A DNA stretch of 64,000 bases from Haplodiscus bocki. Taxonomy: Eukaryota. The number at the start of each line of letters is the position of its first letter. Positions within the stretch are counted from its first letter, which is position 1. The notes beneath the pieces are model-generated. The model searched no databases, had not been told where the DNA came from, and saw only the letters and a program-made list of their open reading frames with translations. The stretch covers positions 37,696,001 to 37,760,000 of the forward strand of contig OZ296649.1 of NCBI GenBank assembly GCA_965655095.1, in the 5' to 3' direction. The translations under genes and the position numbers were made by a program. Positions 35,501 through 49,428 of the stretch are shown here, in pieces.

Positions 35501-38500
35501 ACAATGTTACATGAGAAGGAGTGCTCTATGGTAATTACAATACCCAGGCACTTCGATCCCAGGAGTACTAGTGAAAATTGAAATCAACACAAAGTTATGT
35601 TTGTTGAGCACAAAAAAAGCCGAAAAGTAGCTGAGAAATTTTTCCCATTTGAACAGGGCAGTCATTGCTGGAATAGGAAAAAGTATGAAATATCGGCAAT
35701 CACATTAGTCCTGCTCCCAACGAAGTTCACACGAATTGAAATTTCAGAAGCTAGAAGCTTCCGAGAAAGGTCCCCGATACAACCCAGACCTACTTTTCAT
35801 CAAACTCCGAAAACTCAACGATAACAGAAGAAACAACAGAGAGACCAACTTTACGTCGGAAGCTCAAAAGTATTTCACTTCAGAAGAACTATCTTGTGTT
35901 GATGAACCGTTTGACAGTGGCTAAAATGCTCAGGTATCTAGTCGAAGCAAAAAACAGGAGAAAAAAATCAAAATTTCTCGGTGACAGCTCAACAATATTA
36001 GACTAGAAAGAGTGCTGCATGCTGAGCACAAAAATCAGCCACTCCGAAACGAATACTTCTTTTGAAGAATGAAGAAAACCCTAAATATACGCATGTAGAC
36101 TACAGGGGCTTCAAAACAACTCCAAAAAACTTCCACAAAACACGTGGACACTGAATGTTGCGCAGGATCTGCTTTGGAGTTTTAGAATTTACCGTGATTC
36201 CGTTCACGAACACTACCACAAAACAGCGAAAAATCGCATTGGATTTTAGAAACTTCGATCTTGCGATAAATACAATCCCATAATCCCATTCAAACTCCAA
36301 AACACAGAAAAAAGAAGAGAAAACAAACACCTATCAAAAACCAAAAATACAAGACAGCTTCACTATGTCATTGAAAGTTTTCAGAATGACTACAACGCTG
36401 CAGTATCTACGAAAATCGTAATCATGACAAATATGTCCTGATTTTGAAGTGACAGATAACAATATGAAATCGAAAGCACTGTTGAAGGAAAACCCAATAT
36501 TCTCAAGCTTGTTTTTTGACCTTCTGTTGAAAAATCAAAAGAAAAACGAAAAAACACTCCAGTACAAAGCTTGAAAAACCAAAATTTACTTTTCTTTAGC
36601 GGAAATGGAATCAAATGTTGTTCTGAAAACAATTCTGAGACTTCAGCAAAGACACTTCGCCACTGGCACGACAAAGAACTCTCAGACAGAAACAAAAATG
36701 TCAGCAAAGATACAAAAAGACGGTGCTGCATCATTAAATCAAAACCAGGGCGATTGCAAAAAGGATATTTGTTGAAGAACGAAAACGAAATCAAGAGAAA
36801 ACTTTCGTTTAGAAAACGAGTGGCACAAGTGCTGGAAAACTTCCTGAAATTTAAACATTGTGGATGCTTAGCCGACAATTTCTAAAACAACAGCTTTCAC
36901 GGTACACAAATTCTCAACCACTCTCCAAGCAACTTTCATTTCAGATGTTTGAATTTTCCGGCAAAAAACCCTAAACACCTTCATGTTTCCCTTTCATCAA
37001 ACCCCAGCAGCACACCGAAAGAAAAAGAATTTTATCAAAGTTTTAACTTATGTAAGAAACTCAAGATCGTTTGTTACCGGAATATAAAAAAGGTGTTGAC
37101 GAGGCATTTGACGAAGGCTACATAGCATCAGTATAGATACCACACAAAAGTCGCGAAAAAATAGACTTTTTAGAGGAGATATTCAATTAATGTTAAATGA
37201 GAAAAAATGCCGCATGGTGACTACAATACCTAGGCATTTTGAGCCTGGAACTACTGGGGACGAAAGATTGGAACACAAAGATTACGTTTGTTGGGCACGA
37301 AGGCTCATAACTTACTCCAAAAGTTTCCACAAATGAAAAAGACAATCAATGATGGGCTGAAAAAGAAATTAAATATCGACAATCTTATTACCCTGTTCCC
37401 AGCGACGTTCACAGGAAAAGAGACGTTAGAGGCTGGAAGCTTCCGTGAAAGGTACATCCGAGACCTACTTTTCAACAAACTTTGAAAACTCCTCTATAAC
37501 AGCAGAAACATCGAGAAAACCAAGCTTAAGTCGGAAGCTTGAGACCAATTCTGTTATAATGCTCTCAGGTGTCTAGTCGAAGCAGAAAACACGACAAAAA
37601 ATTGTTAGACTAAAAAGAAGGCTACATGCTGAGCATCATACTCAGACACTCTGGACGGATAAATTCCTTTGAAGAAAGAAAAGAACTCTACCGACCCGCC
37701 TATACAAAACAAAGACCGGAAAGCAACTCCAAAAAAATCACATAACATAAAGAAGGTGAATTTTGGTCAAAATCTTTTCCGAAAATTCAGTGATGACCTT
37801 ATTCCGATTTGCGAACACTATCACAATAACACAACAACAGAAACTTTGAATTTTTGCAGCTTCGGTCCTTCGAAACATACAGTCTTATATTTCCCTTGAA
37901 ACTCCATAACACAATAAAAAAGAAGAGACATGCCTGACCTATCATCTATAAATCAAGAACACCAGACATTTTCATATTGTTATAGAAAAATTTGAGAATG
38001 ACAACAATGATGCAGTATCTACTCCAGACACTTATCACGACAAACATGTCCCCATATTTAAATGACAGATGACTCTGTGACATCAAACAAAATGCAGCAG
38101 GAAGAACCCAATAATCCCAGGCTTGGAGTTCGATGTTATGTTGAGGAGCCAAAAGAACAACACAAGAAATAGTTTCTTTAACTTTTGTTGATGCAAAATG
38201 AAAACGATAGAAGTAAGTTTTCTATTCGCAAAAATTTCAAAATACTTCCCCAAAACTCAGCAGCACTGCAAAACTCCTTGAAAATTCAACCATTACTTTG
38301 TTCCTGGCCCCTATCCCTGCAATCGAAACATTCAATGAAAGAAGCTAGCGATAAAAAACCTTTGACACATTGAAGTCTCCAAGTTCATCAAATGCCATAA
38401 AATCACAAAAAACCTCAGATACAGCAGACACACTAAAGATATCAAAACTTTCAGTCTGGTTCATACTGGAGTCACGAAATATTGATTAACAAGCTTTCAA

Positions 38501-39400
38501 CAGTGACAAAAATTCGGCATTACCTAGTTATATCAAACCAAAATCACGATAAATAAATCAAAATAAGGAAATGAGAGTACAACAATTTTAAATTAAAAGC
38601 ATGTGTTACACAGATTGTCCGAAAAACAACCACTTTTAGCATAATAGTCCTGTTGATGATTGAAAATTGCTACATGTCACTACTCGAGAAACATCCTCAA
38701 AACAAAAAAAACACTGCAACTAGGATGCACCAAAATTTCTGGAACATCTGCAATCCCAACAAGCTCTATTTCGAACTATCGAAGCTTCAGGTGGAGCAAG
38801 CCCCCCGTGAAATCTCTGGATATATAAAAGACCATACATTGTTCAACGACAACAGACACATCAAACACACGAACTACTTTCACTTCAAAAGAGTGAAACT
38901 GTGTGCCTAATACTTTTGACAGTGACAATAAGGCAGCATTTTCTACACGAAAACGTCGCAACGACCAAAAAAATCTTTGGATGGAAGCAGCAACTCATCG
39001 TTACAGCTCATTGGAAGTAGCAGTCATATAAAAACGCAAGTATAAAATACAAAACTAAGTCAAATTTGAAATTGGAAGTTCTCTTGACGGGATAAAAAGT
39101 AACCCAGAGTCGTTTTCAGGAGTACAAAGACTAAAATTTTGTCCAAGAACAATCCCTAAAATGCAACAATAGCGAATAAAGGGCTCCAATCGCTTCACGA
39201 GAAATGAACACTAAGAGTACTTTTATTGCCAACCTTTATCGCAGCAGTTGGCACTTTGCATGGAAAAAGCTTCCAGTAAAAGAACCTAGAGAATTGAAGA
39301 TGCTATGTTCATCGATTTTCGAAGACACATCTAAGACACAAAATATAATAAAGGACTCAAGATACAAGGTAACTTCTAGTCTTTAGTGATCTGATGAGAG
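23600..39400. repeat. Hierarchical macrosatellite (~420-490-bp subrepeats within 1.68-1.86-kb units), A-rich plus strand
   Basis: Marker gaaaactcatcgataac or a close variant at ~28731, 30589, 32271, 33951, 35809 and 37484. Near-identical blocks at offsets 1856 (27524 vs 29380) and 5220 (28731-30075 vs 33951-35295). Identical short ORFs recur in the ORF track. Edges are approximate. Confidence 0.9.
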
Positions 39401-40719
39401 AAGCATTTACTATTATTGTCTTCGCAATTGTCAATTCCCGTAGCCATCGTCTGGGCAAAAATTATGTGCATTATGGCTCCGAGAGACCCTTGCTTCAGCA
39501 TGAAGTTCACCATGTGAGTCGTTCTCTGCTTTATACCATATGGGTTATGCTTGTTTTCGCCTTTTTCTCAGAGTTATTTTTCCCTACAAGAAAATATATG
39601 ACACTGGTGAAGATTGAATTACTTTTTTTTAAGTGAAAAACAACTTGATAATGGTTGAATGATCGTCATAGGAAAACAAAATTGACTTATTATTATCGTT
39701 AGTACTAACAAAAATTGTGTGTTGGTACATTATCTTTCTTAATTATACATTTTCCTCGGCGAAAAAGATACTCGTTTACACGCCAATTCAATGAGCAAAT
39801 AGGGAAAAGTACTTTTTAAAAATACGACATCAAAAGCCGAAATACCGACTCTGGTGCGAAGTAAACACCTTTCGTTCTATTTCTTCCCAGATGAGACCCG
39901 ACCTTCCCTTCTTTGGACAGAAACTGAAGGAACCCAATCCGACAAAATTGGACAGCGAAGTGCTTATTCCCACGCCGACATCTCATTTTACAAAAACAAC
40001 TCATTTCTTTATTTGAAAAATGGGAAAAACAATGATGAAAAAATAAGGAAATTCATGGAGTATTGGCAACTATCACGGAAAAATGAAAAACAAAAGTAAA
40101 ACATTCATCAAATTCATGTACATTTCATCACATGTTAAATCATTAGTCTTTCAAAAATGAGAATCAACTAGTAGCACTACTAGATTACTCCTCATTCAAA
40201 TGAGTCTCAACTAGTTGTTTCCTGAATATTTCCGTAGCCATTAGTAGTAGCAAATGAATTAGAATGGCTGTGTTGAAATGAGGAGTGAATACGGAGTCAC
40301 TCCGTATTCAGCACAGCATTGCAGCACAGCATTGTTATTAGAATGGAAGTGACGTCACCAGACTAGTAGTGACGGAACACATACGGAACAAATATTCAAT
40401 CCGAGAGTCAATTTCTCTGCAATTAACTCATTACTTGTACCTCAATTTTGATTAAAAGCACTGCTCTAAATTGCACTTATTGCAACGAATCAAGTTGCTT
40501 ACACTGAAAAAGTGGATATATAGTTAATATTTAAGTAAATATATTAATATGAAAATAGCTCCTTCTAGGTTAAAATACTCTGTGAATACACGTTTGTTCC
40601 GTAACGGTTCCGTCTTAGTCCAGGATCAGTCTAGTAAAGTGATCCGTATAAGGTACGTATCAGTATGTATGTACGGTAGCTAAAATTGCGTATGAAAATT
40701 TAATAATTCAATGCAAGTT

Positions 40720-43700
40720 TAATTTTCATTGTGAGTCCTGGGTAGTCTTTTTTTAGGCAGGGGTTGACCACAGGCTTCGCAGAAGTGCTGCGACAGCAAC
40801 ATAGGCAACATCATCATTTCCGAGTTATAAATCCAAAGTTTTAGTAAGAGGCAGGTTTAGGGGCACTGTCTTGTCTTCCACGTCAAAAACCGGTCCATTC
40901 TATTGAATTTGCTGGCTAGTTTACCTCTATTTTTATAAAGCCTGGAAGTGGTTGATCTAAACAAGTAAAGTTTAAAAATTTTCAATGCAGCATAGTAGTT
41001 TTTCCGATAATTTTCGTCAGGTGGTACATCATCGACTACACTCCGGCCTCTCGCAATCCTCCGAAGTGTAGAGCTCTTGGTGGTTTCCATGTCCTTTGCA
41101 TTCTGATGCTTGTCTCATGTTAATGTAGTGAATGTTTTATCCGGAGGAAAAATAATTCTCATGTTGAATCAGTACGTTTCATGACCGACTAAGTTGGACG
41201 CACTGTTGCAGGAAACTGCCTCTGGTTCTCCGACCATTGCTTTGCTTCCAACATTTTTGAGGATAGCAACACCCGATTTTGTTTTGAGAGAAGATACAAT
41301 CTCCACATCAATCGCTTCTATTTTTTTTCACCAAAACGCACTAATAAAGAAATGCAAAATTTCTTTCTATTCTTTAGAAAAGTGTCCCATTTTGAACTCA
41401 AAACCTCCAATGAACTCCAATCTACAGTCATGAAAGCACTTACTACGACTAATGCTATTTTGACGTAGTGGTCCCATTACTTGTTGAATAACAACATCGG
41501 AAAAAGTGGAACATACGCTAAATATTTGGCTGGCAAGATGAACAATGTTTCGAGCAATAAAATACCAAAAGGCCGGACTGATACTGAACACAGTTGCTCG
41601 ACAACCAGCATGCTGACAAGAAAGTGATGATGTCTTTCCAGAAGTTTGGTTAAATGTTAGCGAGCTACCAAAAAAGGGCGCGTCATACTGTCAATTAACG
41701 TTAAATGGTAAAATCGTCTGCCAATTTTGAGAAGACAACCGTCGTCGACGAAAGATAGGAGACTGGAAAACTGGTCTGAAGCATTTTTTCTTACCGTTGG
41801 CTTGAGAGTGAGTAGCGAAGAAACAACTGTGGTGATCCTAGAAAAAACTTTATTGAACCTCCCTCATCTCTGTCGAGGTCATTGGCAAAGAAATTGGCTA
41901 GTGATTTGCTCAACTCAGTTGCTGCACTACTCGCAAAATGGAACGAAGCATGTGAATTTGAAACAATCGGTTTAGTTTTCCCAATGATTGCTCAACGTTC
42001 AATTTTATGAGTAAGCACTGAACAAACTGATCACTTCACAGCCAGGTACAGCGGATGGAAATGGTTCAATCAAGGAAGGTTCTTTTGCGACCCATTTCCT
42101 TAATTGGAGATTCTCTATCTTTAGTGTTCAAATCAAACAGACTTGAGGAGCATGGCAGTCATCTAAAAAGTTGTGATCTGACAAAGTGTCGTCAGCTTAT
42201 AAACAGATTATATATGCTTGACGCTTTCGTTCTTTAGCGCCACGTTTCGGTCTTTTTTGAAGAGAACGTATTGAAAAAAAGTACTTGGTTTGGAAAAGTA
42301 TGCTGCTCTAGTGAATACAATTGTAGTAAAACATCTTGCGGACAAACATAGATGAAACGGTTTGCTGTTTGATGACAGAACCTACTTACGGATTGGTTAC
42401 ATCTGCTGGAAATGCAAGTTCTAAAAATCAAAATCTACCGATGAGAGGACATAAGTCTGACTGCAATGTGAAACCAGCCCCTGAAATGTCATTTGTCGTT
42501 CTAAGAGCTTGTTACTGCAGGCACTTCCAAAACTGCTCTGTGCTTTGTGGTTATACTAGATTCTTTAACAACTGCGAGATGAAGTAGATAAAAATTATAA
42601 TTTCTATAGCAAGAAGAAACCTCGAAACAGAAATCAGAAAGCAAGAGAAAGCAACAATTTCAGTATATTGAACAACAACCTGCAGAGGAAACCTCGAGGT
42701 TTCTTCTTGTTATTGGAAAAGTCTCTCGAGTGAGCGAACCTCCCAGGGTTGGAGTTGATTTGACAATTGCCTTTTCAACAACAAAATGTCCATCGCCATC
42801 TTGTCTTGTCGTAAAAGTTGGACACCGCTAACTCTTTGTTGTTGCAGTCATCTCCAGTCGACGCGACTTCTTCATATCTCGAAACGGTTGGGAGCAGTCA
42901 TCTCGAGCGGTGATGTGAATAACTTCAGGCATTGACCTCAAGGTGTTTAAATGATAAGTGGAACTTGCCTGAATCTTCGTAACCAAAAAACTGTTAGTGA
43001 TAATTCAACATCTTTAAATAATTTCTGTTCTAGGAATCGTAAAACTGAGCGCCAACTAAATCAATGTTCGATGGAAAAATGAATTTGACATGTCAATTGT
43101 ACCTTTGAAAATATTATCACTTTGTGGAATCGAATCGAAGGTAGGTGCATCGTCAACTTCCCCACATTTCCACAGCTTGCGTTGCCGTTACTGATTTCGT
43201 CTCCAAAAAATGGATCTTGGTGTGTCCATCTTACAAGATTTCCCTGGATGCGACAATTCCAATTGAAGAAGCTTACTTCGCAAAGGCTTTGCGATTAACT
43301 TTATTTGGGATCCAGAATTCAGTAAAAGGCGATATTCGACTAGCTTGCTTTTTGTTCATCACTTTTATGGAAGCTGTTTGTATTGAAACTCGAAAGATTG
43401 CATTTGCAGTTGTGTTTAATTGGCCAAAAATGTCCATAGTTGAGCAGCTTGTTCAGGATGCAGCCAAGTAATATGAGAATGCTTTCAAAGTTTGCACTGT
43501 TTTTGTTATCTTCGGTCTATGACTGCAAGACTATAAGAAAAACAGTTGCTACACAATAGCTCTTTTGGAGGAACTCTCTGTCCGCTCAACAGTGCTACAA
43601 CTGTCAAAAACATCACTGGTAAAAGAACGATGATTCGCGTGCACTTAGGACGCTTTGCTTCTTCATCCTGGATCATGCGAATGCGCCCGTTTTTTGGTGA

Positions 43701-44330
43701 CATGAGCTCATTGTTTTGAGTGTTTACTTGATGACTGCTCAAAGCCTAATCTTTTCATGTTAAGGCTGTTATGTTTCGATGGCTTGTGCCCATGCATGGC
43801 ACTTGGTCTTTGAAACATCATTTCAAACGGGATGTAGTTGAGAACGGCAGTTCCGAGGTTGAGCAAGTTCACACTGACGCCCTGATTCAGCGTCCATCTT
43901 CTCAACGACATGATAAACTGTATGAAAATCCATTTCAGCTGTAGATAAACTGAAGGCTACCACAGCTCATCTATGTTTGTCAACCATCTAGCAGAATTTG
44001 CGTAATTCACGAATATGTGGGAAATGTGTTCTCGAACGATGACTCTGAATGTCTTACACCGCTTCTTTAGAATCACCTGAGCTACATTGTAAAAACCATC
44101 TGTGATTGATAATGTTGACAGGCGTTTGCAGCATCTCCTGTCAGTAATCTTTTCATATCGAAAACTTTTCGAGATCTTCCCACACTGGTGTTGGGTGTAC
44201 AGCTCCATCGAACAGACCAAAGAAAGTTGATTAAATTGAGTAACTATCAAAAAGTTTCGACACATCCAGTTTTGGTACATTGGGCCGTGCATGCTCCAGA
44301 TTAGCTGCAAGAGAGGTCAACTGACGACAT
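40720..44330 (-). mobile_element. Decayed, internally deleted BEL/Pao LTR retrotransposon (gag-pol)
   Basis: In order on the minus strand: DUF1759-like gag (PKLDVSK...FDGAVH...LSITDGFYNVAQVILKKR), knuckle remnant LCSNCF, protease RLLLNSGSQ (43305-43331), RT entry VVKESSITTKHRAV...LQSDL, and integrase HAG...FW...QQVMGPL, AIDVEIVSSL, SCNSASNLVG and PPRALHFGGLREAGV (41039-41083). Confidence 0.85.
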
Positions 44331-45031
44331 TCTTTTGATGACGTCGTCGGGCATAGAGGATTCCTCAGGAAGCTGGATTGATGCTTCTTAAGGTAAAAAA
44401 CAATCTTAACGGTAAATTCGTCACAGACCGTCTAATCAGTGGCATTTTCAACTGCGTTGATGATACCTCTGACTTCTGCGTTGATTGCACTTATTGATAA
44501 CCTGAGTTTCGCAAACATGTCTCCTAGTCTAGCCAGTTTCCATTGTTTATGCCAATAGATTCTTTTTGATTAACCTGATCCAGTTGATTCAATTTTTTGT
44601 TTCATTTGTTCGCAACCCCTGTCTTGAGTGTTTCAATCTAATACTCCGTTGAACGATTGTTTCTTGACCCCTTACAGTCAGAAGGAATACAAATTTAACT
44701 CAGAGAGTGGCAGTTCGGATTTGAAACATCCCTGCATCTCAATGGCCATCGAGACTTTTTCGTGGTAATAGAAGGTGTTAATTAGTATTGACTTGATTGC
44801 TACAAAATTAGAATGACAATCCACAAAAGCGGGGGAAAATTTAGATAAAAACTCATGAAAAAAAAGACATTTTGAAAATGGCGCATTCAGAAAGAATCAT
44901 TTCAAACTTTGAATCATATGAGCAAGTCTATAAAAAGCGTCCATTTTCAAAGTTTGCGCAAGATCCCTCTTTTAGAAATCCAATAAGTAACATTTAGCTT
45001 CAGATCTTCTTTAGATTGCAACGCAGTTCAC

Positions 45032-46450
45032 CGATGATCATGACGGTCCCAGCGTGCCCCTTGATTGCCATGGTGATCTCTGGCCAGCGCTGGTTTAGCG
45101 ATGGTTGATTGATGGTCTTGAGAAAATTCCGGGAAAAAAATTCGTTCGTGTTGTAAATGGCTATGATCTGGTGAGAAATAACTCAGATAAAAGAAAATAG
45201 GTTTTTTCCGGATGCTGAGATTTTGCTCTGAAAATGAAAAACCTCGGGGTGGTGATTTTTTAGTCCCCCATACTGAACCAGGCTTTGCATGACCTTATTT
45301 TTGTCTGAACGTTTTGAAAATGCGGAACTTTTTTGTATCCCCCGCACATAAAAAATTTAATTAAATTGTGTCGTGGATAACCAGCTGAACAATGGAAACA
45401 ATTTCCAAAATTTATTCGCGTATTGGTAAAACTTTGTATAATATTTTCGAAATAATTCTTTATGAAGAAAATTACATTGAAATTTTATTAGGGAACGTGC
45501 GGTGGAAGAAGAATAAATTCCAAAAACGCTACGGATTTTTGATCTTTCAGGGGTTTAATTTATTGATTTTTGAAACGAAAGCTCTCATAAAAAAAACTTG
45601 TTATACCAAACAAATGTAGATAGTTTCCTGTAATCGTTTGTGAACTATGTTTTCTTCGAGATCTGTGATAGATCACTCCTTTACTTTTTTCAGTTTTTGC
45701 AAAGAATGCCCTAAAAATGCTGTATTTTAGACCACAATCAATGATCTTTTCAATTATAATTCTTTTGCAAAGTTCTGTGCATCTGATATTTCTGCTGATC
45801 TTTCTGCATCATTTCCAGCTCGTTTTTTCTTCGAGATCTGCGATAGATTGAGTTTTTTTCTGAAGTTTTCAGAAAAATGCCCTAAAAATCTAAAAATGCT
45901 GTATTATAGGTCAAATTGCATATTTTTTTTGAACTGAAACTGCTTTTAAAGGCCTTACTAAAGTGGACACGTGTACATAATAGTCTGCAACAGTGTGAGA
46001 ACGTTATTTCCTTCGGAATCATGGCACAGCGTTTTTTTCTGCCGTTATTGCAAAAAGTACCATAAAATTTGCTGTATTTTTGGTTAAAATCGATACTTTT
46101 TGAGTGACAGTTGGAAAGCTCATTAAAAAGGTCATTGCACTAGACAATCGTTTGGCATTTTGGGTAGAAATGAATAGTTTGGAGGAAATCACATTGAAAA
46201 AGCAACAAACTTTTGTTGAAGTTTTGAGGAAAATTAGACCCTGAGTGATTCCTGTACGCTTACGCTGAATTTGGTAATTTGCGTTATTTGCAAATCAAAA
46301 TCATGAAGAATCAACGCATTAGGGGCAACCGACCAGTTCCTAGAATCAAAATTCTATCGCTCACCATCTCCAAACGATCGAACTCCTACAAAGAAAAGTT
46401 GTCAGGTCTGGCCAGAGGCAAAACCGTTAATGGGATTGTCATGGCCATCG
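45032..46450. mobile_element. Non-autonomous element with imperfect terminal inverted repeats (MITE-like)
   Basis: cgatgatcatgacggtccc...ctctggccag (45032-45087) versus ctggccagag...gggattgtcatggccatcg (46408-46450). AT-rich interior with an internal repeat ttttcttcgagatctg.gatagat; no coding capacity; no TSD seen. Confidence 0.45.
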
Positions 46451-47054
46451 ATGGTCCCAGATAATGTCTCAGTAAGGGTGTCTTCAGCTAAAGTTTTCGT
46501 CACATAGAAGAAGAATCAAAAATTCGAAATATAGGTTTAGAAGTTTTGTTGAGTAGAGAAAATTGCCATGAAAATTCATTCTAGAAAACCAATGCAAAAT
46601 CAATGGTGCAACATTTTGTGGGGCAATTTAATGGCAATACAAAGTATTGCATTGACATTCAATGCGTTTTGATGCAGCTTACAACCCTAGAAGACAAGCA
46701 CAATCAATTGAATCGATGCACTCAAAGTTCATCAGATAAGCCTGCTGAATGGCGTCTAGTACCAAAAGAATAACTCTACGAGGGAGTAAGGACCAGCTCA
46801 GCCTGAGATGGCATGCTTTACCATATAATAGCAAAAATCCTGCCTGTGGAAAGTCACATTGTGAAAAATATTCGTGCAGATTTGCGAATTGACAGAAACT
46901 GCTGAAATGAATGTACTTTTCAAAATACTTGAGAGCAAACATAATTCTACTCAGAATTGATTCCAGCAATATTTTTGAAGTATTCTCACTGCAGTATCTT
47001 TTTGCTTCGACTTCAAACTGAGTTTTCACTTTGGCAGGAATTAAATTTTGAAAA

Positions 47055-48148
47055 TCATTTGTCTCCCAAATATGACTCAGCAATCTCGAGATCTTCTTGA
47101 GACTGCAAGTACTCTTCGCTGCTTTTGCCATGCAGATTGCCAGCCAACGTCAATGTCCTTTTAAAGTAGTTGACTGCTTCAGGATAATTCTTTGTTCTGA
47201 AGTACGTTGCCGCTAGGTTGTTCAAGCACCAAAGTAGATCACTTTTCCCACTGATGCCATTTTTGGCATTATGCTCACAAATTTTGAGATCTTTCAATCG
47301 ATAAATTATGCTTTTTTCCGCATCACCCATTTCTCCATAAAGGGTTGACATGTTGCTATACAGTGTACTAGCAGTAGAGTCAAATTGCGGCATTTTTGAA
47401 ACAATCTCTTCAGCTTCTTGATATTGCGTCAAAGCTTCTTCATGTTTGCCGCTTCTTTTGAGAGCTAATCCTAGAGTAGTTTTAGCTGCACCTACATTCG
47501 GGTGATCGGGTCCCAGGTTGGTCCGATTTATTCCAATCGATTTCTCCAAATGAGCAATTGCTTTGCCATAATCTCCTTCGGTCAGATAAATAGTTCCTGA
47601 ATTCTCATAAATTTTTCCCAATCCGTGATGGTCATCGCCGAAACATTCAATCACCAGTTTGATTGCCTTATCACAGAGTTGACGAGCACCTGAAACGTCA
47701 CCAGCGTAATGCAGTTTATGCATCGACAAGTTATTGAACGTTGTGGCCAACGAATACTTTTCAGTTGTATCAGATTTCTCTTTGATGGCCAAATCTTTCT
47801 CGTAATATTCCAGAGCTTTTTCCTGCTGGCCCAACTTGGAGTAAATTGAGCCAATATTGTTGTAAATGGAAGCTATTTCAAGAGTATCTGGATCCGTTTT
47901 GGAACTCAAATCGATTGCTTCGTTGTAGAGTTGCAGCGATCTTTGGAGTTGCCCCATTTCTTGATACATGAATCCCTGATTGTTTTTCATACTGGCTAAG
48001 GCTGTGCTTTTGCTTGGCACTGAATCGTCAACTGTTTTGTAAATTTTCTCGGCTTTGGCAAAAACGGATTCAGCATCTGTGAGTTTTCCAACTTGTGAGT
48101 ACCAAGACCCCACTTGCACCAATAAGTTGGCCGTTGGCATCGTTTGAT
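47055..48148 (-). CDS. TIR/HET-like-TPR protein, coding exon 4 (about 8 TPRs at ~42-aa spacing)
   Basis: Acceptor ctgtttcag|48148 in phase 1 (G|AT = Asp). Repeats such as IASIYNNIGSIYSKLGQQEKALEYYEKDLAI and LGPDHPNVG. Stop at 47055-47057. Confidence 0.92.
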
Positions 48149-48347
48149 CTGAAACAGATCTCACATTGAAATTTTTCAGAACAAGATTAAAGTTTTCGAA
48201 GCAACCATTCCAAAGCAATGAAAGTTAAACTGTCAAAATCAGAACGTTGTATTCAAGTTGTTCCCTAAACTTGACTGAGTGAGGAAGATATCCATGTCAA
48301 AAATTTATGACGTAATTTGGAAAGAAAGTTACGGACGTTTGAATTAC

Positions 48348-48504
48348 CTTGAGAAGATTTGACAACTTTTTCAGCATTCTCGTACAGCCATGATCGCATT
48401 TGGTCCTTGACTAAGGAGTCTAATTGATGGAAAGACATTGTTGTTTGAATCTGTTGAAAAATCATTTTCTTGTCATCTTCCCTTGTCGCTTCTGCTTTCT
48501 TTGA
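48348..48504 (-). CDS. TIR/HET-like-TPR protein, coding exon 3 (helical linker)
   Basis: ttcttgtttag|TCA...CAAG|gtaatt; 157 nt, phase 0 to 1. SKKAEATREDDKKMIFQQI...VKDQMRSWL; phases fit both neighbouring exons. Confidence 0.88.
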
Positions 48505-48998
48505 CTAAACAAGAATAGACTGATAAATTTCTAACTCTGTCAAGTTCTGGTCAGCTTTTATGAATTGGAATGTTTCTTTTCGAAAAAGAATACCGAAGAG
48601 CATTAACATTTATCAGAACTGAGTGACTTGAAGCTAATCTTGTGTCATTTATCAGTTTGAAGCTTCGAGAAAAAAACAACTTTTAACTATCAATGATTCT
48701 ACCTAACGGACGAAACTATTCATTCCCTAAAAACATACACTTTATTTATTTAATTTTTAACTTTATTTATAAAGATGAATTCAACAGATTAGGTAGGATG
48801 AATCTACCAATCAAGAAGAGTATATTTGGTCGAATATAAAAAATGTCCCATTTCGACAAAACTTCGAAACGAAACTGAACTTCGGCCCAAAAATCAACAT
48901 ACAAAATTTGCAAATTCTGGCTTCAACTTAAAAAACTGGCAAGTGGCTAGTCCAAATTGCCCTCTCGGTTTCATTCCAGTAATCCAAAACTGATAAGA

Positions 48999-49428
48999 TG
49001 TTGAAGATGTCTAAATATTATCGATGAATTAAGTAAATCTGAACAAATTATCGTATTACAGAACTACCACATTTCGTAGTCAGAGAATCCACAATTCAGC
49101 CAACTAAGGTTCGCTCATCAACATGCAGGTGCTGAAGCTCCAACTTCAACTAAGTCGCAAAATCCAGGCTTTTTATTTAATGGAGAAAATGTCCTCGAAT
49201 TTGCAGCTATCGGAGCTAGCGACAACACAATCTTCTAGTGAAGTATTTTACCTCCGCGAGACTCAACTTGCCCCTAGCTCCCTAACTCGGTTGTTTGGCT
49301 TTCAGTATATATAAACTCCTCCTTAGGTATATTTGCTTATTGCACGTGTTTACATTTACCATTACGGCGTATCAAGCGCTTTTAAAAACTTACTTAAACA
49401 CCTGAATAAACATTCCTCGCTGTCAACG
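48999..49428 (+). mobile_element. Possible solo or 5' LTR within the long intron
   Basis: Begins TGTTGA and ends TCAACG followed by TGG; contains TATATAAA (~49307) and AATAAA (49405); no TSD. Confidence 0.3.

Noticed and set aside
47055-48218. Kinesin light chain or a stand-alone TPR gene
   Set aside because: No KLC heptad region; the ORF start is intronic and the exon joins the TIR/HET-like exons in phase.
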